Below are positions 1 to 9,417 of a stretch of 64,000 nucleotides of DNA, piece after piece. The stretch lies in NCBI GenBank assembly GCA_023229865.1, contig JALNYL010000005.1, forward strand, positions 4,422-68,421, read 5' to 3'. Source of the DNA: Minisyncoccota bacterium (GTDB lineage: Bacteria; Patescibacteriota; Minisyncoccia; Phycocordibacterales; UBA1550). A program made the position numbers and the translations under genes. How positions within the stretch are numbered: position 1 is the first letter of the stretch; every line of letters starts with the position of its first letter. The notes below the pieces were generated by a model, which was given only the letters and a program-made list of their open reading frames with translations, was not told the origin of the DNA and ran no database searches.

Positions 1-63
1 GGGTACCCATTGCATATCCACACGATATTGATAGGGCTGAGGAAATTTTGAGAGGATTGCCAC

Positions 64-1386
64 GTGCAGGGAAATAACGGGATGAATGAAGAATTTTTAA
101 AAAATATTAAAGCCGCACATTTTGTCGGCATTGGGGGGATTGGCGTCTCGGCTGTGGCGCGTCTTATGCTTGCGCGCGGAGTGGTGGTGTCGGGTTCGGA
201 TCGTGGTGGCTCGCTCATTACAGAAAAGCTCGCGGCTCAAGGTGCTAAAGTTTTTGTGGGACACGAAGCGGCGCACGTGCCTCTCGTGTGCGATCTCGTA
301 GTGTATTCACCTGCGATCCCAAAAGATAATCCAGAGCTCGTGGTTGCGCGTGAGAAGGGGATACAAACTCTCTCGTATCCCGAGGCTCTCGGTATGATTT
401 CGCGCGGTATGCGCACTATTGCGGTCTCTGGCACGCACGGCAAGACGACAACCACAGGAATGCTTGCGGAGGTTTTTGTCGGTGCACACAAGGAGCCGAC
501 GGTCATCGTGGGGAGCCTCCTCAAGTCGGGCACCAATTTTATTGCGGGCACAAGCGACATTTTTATTGTGGAGGCATGTGAATATCAGCGCTCATTTTTA
601 AATCTTTCACCCGAAGTTTTGGTGATTACGAATATTGATAATGATCACCTCGATTACTACGGGACATTTGAGGGGATACAAAAAGCGTTTGCAGAGATGG
701 TAGAAAAAGTACCCGCACATGGAGCTATTGTGTGTGACCCTAATGACCCACGTGTCGCCCCCGTACTTCTCAAGGTAGTTGCTCGTGTTGTTGATTATAC
801 AAAAGAGAATCTCGGTGTAACACTCGCTGTTTCAGGGGAGCACAACATTAAAAATGCGAAAGCGGCACTTGCTGTCGCGCGATTCTTTGGGATTGATGAA
901 AAGGACGCGTCGGGACTCTTGGCGCAGTTTCAGGGTACGTGGCGTCGTATGGAGCACAAAGGAGACACGGAGAAGGGCGTGCCTGTTTATGATGACTATG
1001 CGCATCATCCGACGGAGATACAGGCGACCCTTCAGGGATTCCGTGCGAAGTTCCCTGACTCACGCATCCGCGTTGTTTTCCAACCACATCTCTACTCACG
1101 CACGAAACTTCTTCTTGATGATTTCGCAAAAAGTTTTAATGACGCAAATGAAGTAATCGTCGCGCCCATTTACGCTGCCCGTGAGGCAAATGATACTACG
1201 ATTAGTTCAGAGATTCTCGCGCAACGCATTATTGATGAGCAAAAGGTCGCCGGTCTTCGCGTCTGGGCGATGCTTGATTTTGAGACTATTGAAAAATATC
1301 TTCGTGAGACGGAAATGCCCAATGATGTCGTGGTCACGATGGGGGCGGGAGATATCTATAAAGTAGGGGAGAATATATTAGGCTAA
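64..1386 (+). CDS. murC: UDP-N-acetylmuramate--L-alanine ligase MurC
   Basis: 440-aa ORF; N-terminal HFVGIGGIGVS motif and GTHGKTTTT P-loop typical of Mur ligases; GTG at 64 or ATG at 82 possible start. Confidence 0.9.
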   Translation: MQGNNGMNEEFLKNIKAAHFVGIGGIGVSAVARLMLARGVVVSGSDRGGSLITEKLAAQGAKVFVGHEAAHVPLVCDLVVYSPAIPKDNPELVVAREKGIQTLSYPEALGMISRGMRTIAVSGTHGKTTTTGMLAEVFVGAHKEPTVIVGSLLKSGTNFIAGTSDIFIVEACEYQRSFLNLSPEVLVITNIDNDHLDYYGTFEGIQKAFAEMVEKVPAHGAIVCDPNDPRVAPVLLKVVARVVDYTKENLGVTLAVSGEHNIKNAKAALAVARFFGIDEKDASGLLAQFQGTWRRMEHKGDTEKGVPVYDDYAHHPTEIQATLQGFRAKFPDSRIRVVFQPHLYSRTKLLLDDFAKSFNDANEVIVAPIYAAREANDTTISSEILAQRIIDEQKVAGLRVWAMLDFETIEKYLRETEMPNDVVVTMGAGDIYKVGENILG

Positions 1387-1481
1387 CTGTTGGTCCCGTG
1401 CTATACTTTGTTTTTAGAAGTCTCTGACACCGATGCCCGCAACGGCCGGTGATTTTTTGTACAAATTGAAAGGAGGGAGAA

Positions 1482-1835
1482 ATGAAAAGCTCTCAAGAAC
1501 GAAATGTTGTCTTGGATTGGGATGAAGCACTTTTCCGAAAGTGTCATTCTGTTGAAGCGGAAATTCATTATAAAAATGCAGCCTACCAGGGGGTGGTTGC
1601 TTCGATCCGAAAATCTGCTTGTGCGGACAACGTCCTTGCGGTAAGACTTGTGTCGGTTGTCCAAACTCATGAGCTGCCTCTCAAAGATGAGGCAGTAGAA
1701 GATCGTGACTTCACACTGACAGAATGTTATCGTCCCCTTAGTCTTGTCGACGCTGAATATGATTGTTTGCATATCAACTGCAAGGAGGGCAGTGCGGACA
1801 TCTATTTCAAGCGACCCAAGAAGATATCTGAGTAA
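1482..1835 (+). CDS. hypothetical small Cys-rich protein
   Basis: 117-aa ORF with AGGAGG Shine-Dalgarno 6 nt upstream of ATG and a hairpin terminator immediately downstream; no recognisable family. Confidence 0.55.
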   Translation: MKSSQERNVVLDWDEALFRKCHSVEAEIHYKNAAYQGVVASIRKSACADNVLAVRLVSVVQTHELPLKDEAVEDRDFTLTECYRPLSLVDAEYDCLHINCKEGSADIYFKRPKKISE

Positions 1836-1838
1836 TTT

Positions 1839-1870
1839 GCCGGGCATACCAAGTGCCCGGTTTTCTTTTT
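1839..1870 (+). terminator. intrinsic terminator (ccgggca/tgcccgg stem + T-run)
   Basis: GC stem followed by ttttcttttt. Confidence 0.7.
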
Positions 1871-1903
1871 GCGACAGGTCTACAATTCTGCTAGTATGTC
1901 GAA

Positions 1904-2590
1904 ATGGCAACACTCTACATTATTGGCACCCCCATCGGGAATCTCGAGGATATCACCTTGCGCGCACTTCGTGTGCTTAAGGAAGTTGATTTGGTTTTGT
2001 GTGAGGATACGCGCGTGACGAAGCGCCTCCTTTCGAAATATGAGATTGATACACCGACGATGAGCTATCATGCTCAGTCGAAACTTGCGAAGGTTGATAA
2101 GATTTTGGAGCTCCTCACTGAGGGGAAAAACATCGCGCTCGTATCAGATGCGGGGACTCCGTGCATTTCAGATCCAGGAGTACTCCTTGTCTCGCAGGTG
2201 CGTGAAAAGTTTGGCGACGATGTTTCAATCGTGCCTATCCCCGGACCATCAGCGCTCATTACTGCACTTTCAGCGGCAGGGATCTCCGTGGCCGAGTTTA
2301 CGTTTCTTGGGTTCCTTCCACACAAGAAGGGGAGAGAGACGCTCTTTAAGGAAATCGCCGAATCAACGCGTGTGATGGCTTTTTATGAATCAACGCACCG
2401 CATCGAAAAGGCGCTCGAGTCACTTGAGAAATTTTGTGGGGCTGACCGTCACGTGATTGTCGCACGCGAGCTGACAAAAATTTATGAGGAGTTTGTACGA
2501 GGGACTGTCGCTGAGGTGCGTGCGCATTATGCCAAAAACCCCGACCGAGTGCGCGGGGAGTTTGTGGTGATAGTCCAGGGTAGAATATAG
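1904..2590 (+). CDS. rsmI: 16S rRNA (cytidine1402-2'-O)-methyltransferase RsmI (tetrapyrrole methylase fold)
   Basis: 228 aa; N-terminal LYIIGTPIGNLEDITLRALRVLKEVDLVLCEDTR motif characteristic of RsmI. Confidence 0.85.
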   Translation: MATLYIIGTPIGNLEDITLRALRVLKEVDLVLCEDTRVTKRLLSKYEIDTPTMSYHAQSKLAKVDKILELLTEGKNIALVSDAGTPCISDPGVLLVSQVREKFGDDVSIVPIPGPSALITALSAAGISVAEFTFLGFLPHKKGRETLFKEIAESTRVMAFYESTHRIEKALESLEKFCGADRHVIVARELTKIYEEFVRGTVAEVRAHYAKNPDRVRGEFVVIVQGRI

Positions 2591-2597
2591 AAAATTG

Positions 2598-2636
2598 AGC
2601 CCCGATTCGCCAAAGGCGAATCGGGGCTCAATTTTC
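2598..2636 (+). terminator. intrinsic terminator gagccccgattcgcc-aaa-ggcgaatcggggctc + T-run
   Basis: perfect 15-bp stem; same core (ccccgattcgcc/ggcgaatcgggg) recurs at 35689. Confidence 0.8.
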
Positions 2637-2667
2637 AACATTTGTTTTTTCGTGTATACTGTCGCAT

Positions 2668-2904
2668 ATGACAAAGCATACCGTTATTACTATTCTCAGT
2701 GTCGCTATCGTTGTGGTAGCTCTTGGTGGTTTCCCTGCATGGGCGCGCACCTCACTCATTGTGCTTGGGGGTGTGACGATCGCGGTCCTCTCATATCTTT
2801 CATCGGTAGTTTATTGCAGTAACTGCAAGAAGCTTATCGAAGATGCTGAGCAGGCGCTTCCATCTGCTTCAGAAGAATCAATAACGCCTCCTCGGGTACA
2901 ATAA
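2668..2904 (+). CDS. small membrane protein (2 TM helices), hypothetical
   Basis: 78-aa ORF, hydrophobic segments; immediately precedes next gene. Confidence 0.45.
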   Translation: MTKHTVITILSVAIVVVALGGFPAWARTSLIVLGGVTIAVLSYLSSVVYCSNCKKLIEDAEQALPSASEESITPPRVQ

Positions 2905-2906
2905 CA

Positions 2907-4166
2907 ATGCGAACAATACGCAAGAACAAACATTTTTTTATGGCGGGAGTGCTCGGAGTTGCAGCATTCTCCGTCTTCTATTTTTTTATACCAACGTTTT
3001 TTTCTGTTGGGTACAGTGTTGATGACCCTAAGGATGACAACAAAACCGCCTCATCTTCTGTAAAAGGTGATGCAAAGCCTGTTTCAAAAGAGCCCGAATT
3101 TGTTGTTACACACGTGAAGGTTCCCGAAGCGGTGAAGTCTATTTACATGACTGCTTGTGTGGCGTCGATGCCATCATTCCGCGACAAACTTGTGAAGATT
3201 GCCGACACGACCGAAGTAAACAGTATTATTATTGATGTGAAGGATTTTAGTGGGACGATCGCTTTTGTTGCAACAGACCCACTTACAAAAGATACCGTAG
3301 GCACAGGCTGTCGTGTAAAAGATTTGCGTGAGTTTATCGCAACGCTCCACGAGAAGGGGATTTATGTCATCGCGCGTATTACTGTTTTCCAGGACCCTTA
3401 CTACACGAAGGCACATCCAGAACTCGCGGTGCATAAAAAAAGTGATGGTACTGTTTGGAAAGATCGAAAGGGACTCTCGTTTGTTGATGTGAGCGCAAAA
3501 CCATTTTGGGATTACATCGTAGCTATTGGTAAAGAATCATATGCGCTCGGCTTTGATGAGCTCAACTTTGACTACATGCGTTTCCCTTCAGACGGCGACA
3601 TGAAGAACATTGAGTACTCATGGGGAAAGGGGATGGCAAAGGCTGAGGCCCTCGAGCATTTCTTTGCGTACCTCCACAATGCACTCAAAGACACGGGCGC
3701 AAAACTCTCTGTTGATTTGTTTGGCATGACCGCGACAAACACCGATGATTTGAATATTGGGCAGGTACTCGAGCGTGCGCTCCCATATTTTGATTACATT
3801 GCACCAATGGTGTACCCATCACATTACCCAACGGGATTTAATGGTTACAAGAATCCCAATGATCACGCGTACGATATTGTGCAGTTCTCAATGAAGAGAG
3901 CAGGGGATCGCGCTGAGGCAACAACGACAACCGTAGAACATTTTGGCGGGGTGCGCGTGGGGACATCTACGCCCGCGGTATACACAAAAGAAGTATACAG
4001 TCGCAACAAGCTTCGCCCATGGCTTCAAGACTTTGATTATGGCGGAGATTACGACGCAGCAAAAGTGCGCGCACAGATTCAAGCGACGTACGATGCAGAT
4101 ATGAATTCGTGGTTCCTCTGGGATCCAAAGAACTTGTACACAAAGGAGGCGCTTAAGGCGCAGTAG
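2907..4166 (+). CDS. membrane-anchored putative glycoside-hydrolase-like TIM-barrel protein (DUF4015/GHL-like)
   Basis: 419 aa; N-terminal TM anchor; family assignment from memory of similar conserved hypothetical proteins, not verified. Confidence 0.55.
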   Translation: MRTIRKNKHFFMAGVLGVAAFSVFYFFIPTFFSVGYSVDDPKDDNKTASSSVKGDAKPVSKEPEFVVTHVKVPEAVKSIYMTACVASMPSFRDKLVKIADTTEVNSIIIDVKDFSGTIAFVATDPLTKDTVGTGCRVKDLREFIATLHEKGIYVIARITVFQDPYYTKAHPELAVHKKSDGTVWKDRKGLSFVDVSAKPFWDYIVAIGKESYALGFDELNFDYMRFPSDGDMKNIEYSWGKGMAKAEALEHFFAYLHNALKDTGAKLSVDLFGMTATNTDDLNIGQVLERALPYFDYIAPMVYPSHYPTGFNGYKNPNDHAYDIVQFSMKRAGDRAEATTTTVEHFGGVRVGTSTPAVYTKEVYSRNKLRPWLQDFDYGGDYDAAKVRAQIQATYDADMNSWFLWDPKNLYTKEALKAQ

Positions 4167-4191
4167 GGAGGCGGTATAACAGTCTGCAAAA

Positions 4192-4236
4192 CAGGGGGCG
4201 CGGAGGGCAAAGCCCTCTGCGCCCCCTGTTTTTTTT
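4192..4236 (+). terminator. intrinsic terminator (17-bp GC stem + T8)
   Basis: cagggggcgcggagggc-aaa-gccctctgcgccccctg tttttttt. Confidence 0.85.
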
Positions 4237-4262
4237 GTGCGCTGCCTAGTATACTAATAGCA

Positions 4263-6224
4263 ATGTATCTCTACGATAAAAATCGCATCACGTATTTTGC
4301 GGAAACAGATCGTCGCAATAAGCGCGTACCTTTTGGTATTAAAGCAGATGACCGCACGCGTCACATGTACATCATCGGTAAGACGGGTATGGGTAAGTCG
4401 ACCCTTATTGAAAACATGGTGGTGCAGGATATCCAAAACGGGGAGGGTTTTGCATTCATTGATCCGCACGGTAAGTCTGCGGCGCTTCTCCTTGACTACA
4501 TTCCACCAGAGCGTTTGAAGGATGTGATTTATTTCGCGCCATTCGATGTGGAGAATCCTATCTCATTCAACGTGATGGAAGATGTTGGTGCGGATAAGCG
4601 TCACTTGGTTGCCAACGGTCTCATGAGTGCCTTCAAAAAGATTTGGGGACCAGAGACATGGTCGGCACGTATGGAGTACATCCTTATGAACGCGCTCCTC
4701 GCGCTCCTTGAATACCCTGAGTCAACACTCCTTGGTATCAGCCGTATGCTCACCGATAAAGACTATCGAAAGAAAGTTGTCGACAATGTAAAGGATCCAT
4801 CGGTAAAGGCTTATTGGATTGATGAGTTTGCAAAATACAGCGAGAACTATGCAAAGGAAGCGGTTCCAGGTATTCAAAATAAGCTCGGACAGTTTACATC
4901 GAACCCACTCATTCGTAACATCATCGGACAACCGAAGTCATCTTTTGATTTGCGCAAGATGATGGACGAGCGCAAGATTCTCATCGTGAACCTTTCAAAG
5001 GGGCAACTCGGAGAGGGTAACGCAAACCTTCTCGGAGGTATGATCATCACCAAGATTTATCTCGCCGCGATGTCACGCGCGGATTTGACGGAAGGGGAAC
5101 TCAAAAAACTTCCAAACTTTTACATGTATGTGGATGAGTTTCAATCATTTGCAAACGAATCGTTCGCTGACATTCTCTCAGAGGCACGTAAGTACAAACT
5201 CGCGCTTGTGGTCGCGCATCAGTACATCAAGCAGATGGATGAAAAAGTTGCCGATGCGGTTTTTGGTAACGTAGGTACACAAATAATGTTCCGTGTAGGC
5301 GCCCCCGATGCGGAGGTTCTCGAAAAAGAGTACGCCCCAGTCTTCGTCGCTGAAGATATGGTGAGTCTCGGCTTTACGCAGATTTATTTGAAGCTCATGA
5401 TTGATGGTGTTGCGTCACACCCATTTTCTGCGGTAACCCTTGGACCTATTGCCCCTCCTGCAAAATCACTTCGCGAAGAGGTGCTCCGTCTTTCTCGTGA
5501 ACAATATGGTCGTCCCCGCGCGGAAGTTGAAAAAGCAATTGCTGCTTGGTATGGAAGTGCTAGTGCTGTTCCGCCACCTCCTCCATCAATGGAAAAGGAC
5601 ACTCCCCGAGAAGGGACTGCTCCTCGTGCTGATTTTCCTCCTCGCCCTCCGCGCCAGGAAGCACCTTCAGCACCAAGACGCGACGGAAATGCGATGTTTG
5701 CACGCCCTGTACGTGCTGAAAAGCCCCCTGTAAAGCACGAAGAAGCCCCCCGTGCCCCAAAGCTCGAAAAGCCTTTTGCGAACGCGTTTAAGGAGATTTT
5801 GGCGGTTGAGCCAGTTAAGAAGGAAACCCCTGAGGCTATTAGTTTGGCGGACATCCCTCAGAAGCGAGAAGCGCGTACTGTTCCATCGCAACCAAAAGGG
5901 AAGGGCCCTTCAAATGAGGGGTTGAGTAGTCTTAAGGCGGCCCTCGCTGGCGTTCTTGCGGAGACCCCCGCAAAGGCGGAAGAAAAGAAGATTCCTGCTC
6001 CTCGGCCACAACCACAAGAGGTGCCTAAACCAGAATACAAACCTGCAGAACCAAAACCTCAGACACCAGCACCTGCTCCTCAGCAGAATATTTCTGTCGC
6101 GGCTGAAACGACTCCATCTCCCGCAGCATCGGCTCCTCTCCGTGAGCGAGACATTCCAGAAACTCCAAAGCCAAAAGAAGTTCCTGAAGATGTTCTTGCG
6201 GCACTTCTCCGCGACGATGACTAG
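4263..6224 (+). CDS. FtsK/HerA/TraD(VirD4)-superfamily P-loop ATPase with disordered Pro/Ala/Lys-rich C-terminal tail
   Basis: 653 aa; Walker A IIGKTGMGKST, FIDPHG motif, Walker B YMYVDEFQ; C-terminal ~200 aa low-complexity PAPRPQPQEVPKPE repeats. Confidence 0.8.
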   Translation: MYLYDKNRITYFAETDRRNKRVPFGIKADDRTRHMYIIGKTGMGKSTLIENMVVQDIQNGEGFAFIDPHGKSAALLLDYIPPERLKDVIYFAPFDVENPISFNVMEDVGADKRHLVANGLMSAFKKIWGPETWSARMEYILMNALLALLEYPESTLLGISRMLTDKDYRKKVVDNVKDPSVKAYWIDEFAKYSENYAKEAVPGIQNKLGQFTSNPLIRNIIGQPKSSFDLRKMMDERKILIVNLSKGQLGEGNANLLGGMIITKIYLAAMSRADLTEGELKKLPNFYMYVDEFQSFANESFADILSEARKYKLALVVAHQYIKQMDEKVADAVFGNVGTQIMFRVGAPDAEVLEKEYAPVFVAEDMVSLGFTQIYLKLMIDGVASHPFSAVTLGPIAPPAKSLREEVLRLSREQYGRPRAEVEKAIAAWYGSASAVPPPPPSMEKDTPREGTAPRADFPPRPPRQEAPSAPRRDGNAMFARPVRAEKPPVKHEEAPRAPKLEKPFANAFKEILAVEPVKKETPEAISLADIPQKREARTVPSQPKGKGPSNEGLSSLKAALAGVLAETPAKAEEKKIPAPRPQPQEVPKPEYKPAEPKPQTPAPAPQQNISVAAETTPSPAASAPLRERDIPETPKPKEVPEDVLAALLRDDD

Positions 6225-6226
6225 GC

Positions 6227-6385
6227 TAACACCCCTCCCCAATAACTCTTGCACAAAGAATTCAAAAATTTTATGCGAGACGATGAAAAAAACGAGAGGA
6301 ATATCGAGATACTTCGAACGTTTTTTTCGAAGTCGTAGCAAAAATTTTCGGATTATCGTGGATAGGTTATTGGGGAGGGGTGTTA
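6227..6385. repeat. 20-bp perfect inverted repeat (taacacccctccccaataac / gttattggggaggggtgtta) flanking a 119-bp segment with an internal hairpin
   Basis: arms at 6227-6246 and 6366-6385 are exact reverse complements; inner hairpin acttcgaa/ttcgaagt at 6311-6333. Confidence 0.9.
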
Positions 6386-7776
6386 AAACAACACTACTCA
6401 TACTGGTGTTGTTTTTTGCACAGACCGCATCTGCGCAGGTTTTTATAAATGAGATTGCATGGATGGGGACGAACGTATCATCCTCGAACGAATGGATAGA
6501 ACTTTCCAATAGTGGCACGGAACAAGTCTCTCTTGAGGGGTGGATTCTTTCGATTGAAGGGAAAAAAGATATCGCACTTGTGGGGAATATTTCTGCGGGC
6601 GGTTTTTATCTTGTTGAGCGCACAGACGATTCTACGGTGCCGACAGTTGCTGCAGATGTTGTTTCGTCGTTTGGCGCGGGGATCAACAACACGGGAGCAA
6701 TTATCTCTCTTAAAAATACAAGCGGAGCAATCGTTGATCGCGTGGATGGTTCACAGGGGTGGCTTATTGGAGGGAACCAAGCGGGGGATAACACCACAAA
6801 AGATACTGCACAAAAAGGATTGAGTGCTTGGATGACCGGCACACCAACTCCGCGCGGTGCAAATGTTGGTGCATCGTCTCAGACACAAACGACGGTGACG
6901 ACACAGGAAACACCACAAGTGGTAGCCGCCTCTCAGTCATCTGCATTTCCTGTTGAGCCGCAAATTTTTACTGATGCGGGACCTGCGGCTCTCATTGTAT
7001 CAACGGGCGCAACCGTGACATTTTTGGGTCGCGTGTGGGGCCTCAAAAAAGAACCGATTGAAAATGCGCGCATGGTGTGGGCGTTTGGTGATGGCGGAGT
7101 GGCGGAGGGCGCTTCTGTCTCACACGTTTTTTATTATCCAGGAGAATACACGGTAGTACTCGACGCTGCGTCAGGATTTTATGCAGCATCTGATCGTATT
7201 CGTGTAACTGCGATAACCCCTAATATTTTACTACGTACAGGAGGCGATAGCACTCGTTCGTTTGTCGCACTCGAAAATAAAGGCAACGATGAACTCGACC
7301 TTTCTCTGTGGCAAATCGAGTCCGCAGGTAAGAAATTTATTATCCCCAAAAATACTTTCGTTGGCGCAAAGAAAATTCTCACCCTCGCGTCTGAAGTTAC
7401 TAACCTTGTGACACCATCGGGGAGTGAAGTGCTCCTTAATTTCCCAAACGGCACGCGTGTCGGCGCTCAAGCGACCGCAGCCGCTCCTGTTCTCGCAACA
7501 AATACTTTCGCGCCAAAAATAAATTCTGTAGTTCCGCAAGCGCGCGAAAAAGTAGAAGGTGTCCACAGCCAGGAGGCCTCGGTAATCGGTGCTCTCTCTG
7601 ATTCGTCAGCACCTGGAAAAGAAGATGGTCTGTGGCTTTGGTATTCGAGCGCAGCGATTCTCGGGGCGCTGGCTCTTTTGGGGTTGCGAGCAGTGCAGGG
7701 GAGTGGAGAAAAAACAACGTTCACCGCTGACGATTTTGAAATCATTGAAGAAACTGATAACACCGAACCGCACTAG
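6283..7776 (+). CDS. secreted/cell-surface protein with two lamin-tail domains (LTD) and C-terminal TM anchor
   Basis: signal peptide (LLILVLFFAQTASA), FINEIAW...EWIELSN LTD signature twice, C-terminal hydrophobic helix; start uncertain (ATG 6283 or TTG 6370), ORF-track start 5956 rejected because it overlaps upstream gene. Confidence 0.75.
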   Translation: MKKTRGISRYFERFFRSRSKNFRIIVDRLLGRGVKTTLLILVLFFAQTASAQVFINEIAWMGTNVSSSNEWIELSNSGTEQVSLEGWILSIEGKKDIALVGNISAGGFYLVERTDDSTVPTVAADVVSSFGAGINNTGAIISLKNTSGAIVDRVDGSQGWLIGGNQAGDNTTKDTAQKGLSAWMTGTPTPRGANVGASSQTQTTVTTQETPQVVAASQSSAFPVEPQIFTDAGPAALIVSTGATVTFLGRVWGLKKEPIENARMVWAFGDGGVAEGASVSHVFYYPGEYTVVLDAASGFYAASDRIRVTAITPNILLRTGGDSTRSFVALENKGNDELDLSLWQIESAGKKFIIPKNTFVGAKKILTLASEVTNLVTPSGSEVLLNFPNGTRVGAQATAAAPVLATNTFAPKINSVVPQAREKVEGVHSQEASVIGALSDSSAPGKEDGLWLWYSSAAILGALALLGLRAVQGSGEKTTFTADDFEIIEETDNTEPH

Positions 7777-7838
7777 CATTTTTACACAAAACGTGGCATA
7801 ATCCTCACAGTTCTTTTTAATAACGAAGGGAGGTTGTG

Positions 7839-8465
7839 ATGAATGGAATAGTTCGCGGGACCCCGTTTCGCAATGATTCGGCCGACGAGTATGAGATCGA
7901 TGCAGCCTTCAGGTCTGCTGAACGAATTTGGGAAACTTTGCGAGACCTCAGAGAGGACATGAAGGATGTCCCTCTTTGGTATCGCTGTTGCGATCGTTTT
8001 GTCGAGCTTTATCTCGTCTTGCATCTCCGAAAAAAAATGCAAGGTTTGCTCGCTCTCCTCAAAACGAATCCGTTTACTACGGATCCGGAATTCCCGATTT
8101 TGGTCGGCGAATTTCTCTACAAGGCGGAGCGTTATGATGAGGCTGCGATGTGCTTCGGCAGATCCCTCGAAATCCTCAATGAGCCCAATCAGGATATCCG
8201 TATCCGGGCGCTCGTGGGGAAACTCGAAAGTCTCATTGCATATCAAGAACGTCTCTGGCTGTGTCGTAAGACCGATCCTCAAAAAGGAAAAGCCACAGAG
8301 ATTTTGTACGAGCTCGCGATGGAAGACTTGAAAGAGGTCTCCAAGCCTCTCCGTGGTGTTCTTGATGCTCGCCTCTCTCGGGCTTATTCTGACATGAATA
8401 TTCTCGAGATGAAAATCAAGGTTCGCAAGGAGTCCGAAATGCTCCGCAACATCAAGTTCTCCTAG
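7839..8465 (+). CDS. hypothetical helical (TPR-like) protein
   Basis: 208 aa; GAAGGGAGG SD upstream; hairpin terminator downstream; supersedes overlapping antisense ORF 7782..8591. Confidence 0.6.
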   Translation: MNGIVRGTPFRNDSADEYEIDAAFRSAERIWETLRDLREDMKDVPLWYRCCDRFVELYLVLHLRKKMQGLLALLKTNPFTTDPEFPILVGEFLYKAERYDEAAMCFGRSLEILNEPNQDIRIRALVGKLESLIAYQERLWLCRKTDPQKGKATEILYELAMEDLKEVSKPLRGVLDARLSRAYSDMNILEMKIKVRKESEMLRNIKFS

Positions 8466-8477
8466 AGTTTCACCTTC

Positions 8478-8509
8478 AAGCCGCTGGCACCCCCAGCGGC
8501 TTTTATTTT
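8478..8509 (+). terminator. intrinsic terminator aagccgctgg-caccccc-agcggctt + T-run
   Basis: seen directly. Confidence 0.8.
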
Positions 8510-8529
8510 GTTCTAAGTGGCTGTATACT

Positions 8530-9417
8530 GTGAAAACTATGAGCGAAACAGCAAAAAAGACTATTCTTGTGACAGGTGGTGCGGGGTTCATTGGGTCGCA
8601 CCTTATTGAAAAACTCGTACAAGATGAAGATAATATTGTTGTTTCTTTGGATAATTATTTTACGGGGTCTAAAGATAATCATATTGCTGGGGCGACATAC
8701 ATAGAAGGACACACAAAAGATATTGCGAAATTAATTGATTTTGCGCCGGACCTTGTTTTTCATCTTGGTGAATATTCTCGTGTGGAACAAAGCTTCGACG
8801 ATTTACAAATAGTTTGGGAGTCGAATAAAAATGGCACATTTGCGGTGCTTGAGTTTTGTCGAAAACACAACACAAAGATTGTTTATGCTGGTTCGAGTAC
8901 AAAGTTTGGTGATGGAGGTCTCGGGAGAGATCAGAGCCCTTACGCGTGGACAAAGGCAACAAACACCGAACTCGTTCGAAATTACGGGACCTGGTTCGGC
9001 ATCAAATATGCAATAACTTATTTTTATAACGTATATGGACCACGTGAAATTTCTACGGGTCCTTACGCAACCCTTATTGCGATTTTTAAAAATAAATTTA
9101 AGAACAATGAACCACTCACTATTGTTGCCCCAGGTACGCAGGTCCGCAACTTTACACACGTTGATGATATTGTGCGTGGGCTTATTTTGATCGGCGAAAA
9201 AGGGGAAGGTGATGACTATGGCCTTGGTGCTGAAGAGGGGTATAGTATTCTTAATATCGCTAAAATATTCGGCGGAGAGGTTGCAATGCTCCCTGAAAGA
9301 AAGGGGAACAGAATGGGGGCGCCTGTTGATTCCGCTCGTCCTAGAAATGAGCTTGGCTGGTGCGCAGAAAAGAGGATTGAGGATCACATCAAAGAATTTG
9401 TTAAAAACAATTCTTAA
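8530..9417 (+). CDS. NAD-dependent sugar epimerase/dehydratase family protein (UDP-sugar epimerase/decarboxylase-like)
   Basis: TGGAGFIGSH Rossmann motif, YxxxK-type SDR extended family; start GTG 8530 or ATG 8539. Confidence 0.8.
   Translation: MKTMSETAKKTILVTGGAGFIGSHLIEKLVQDEDNIVVSLDNYFTGSKDNHIAGATYIEGHTKDIAKLIDFAPDLVFHLGEYSRVEQSFDDLQIVWESNKNGTFAVLEFCRKHNTKIVYAGSSTKFGDGGLGRDQSPYAWTKATNTELVRNYGTWFGIKYAITYFYNVYGPREISTGPYATLIAIFKNKFKNNEPLTIVAPGTQVRNFTHVDDIVRGLILIGEKGEGDDYGLGAEEGYSILNIAKIFGGEVAMLPERKGNRMGAPVDSARPRNELGWCAEKRIEDHIKEFVKNNS

Noticed and set aside
1401-1913. 170-aa minus-strand ORF
   Set aside because: Overlaps the SD-supported plus-strand ORF and its terminator. The sequence looks random.
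5384-6040. Several 60-200-aa ORFs on both strands inside the ATPase C-terminal tail
   Set aside because: Products of GC-rich, low-complexity Pro/Ala-coding sequence. They are nested in a well-supported gene.
5956-6282. 5' extension of the LTD ORF back to 5956
   Set aside because: Overlaps the last 270 nt of the upstream ATPase gene in another frame. The translated extension is basic low-complexity junk. The signal peptide begins far downstream.
7782-8591. 269-aa minus-strand ORF
   Set aside because: Antisense to the 7839..8465 gene, which has a strong GGAGG SD and its own terminator. It would also overlap the start of the epimerase gene. No recognisable motifs.
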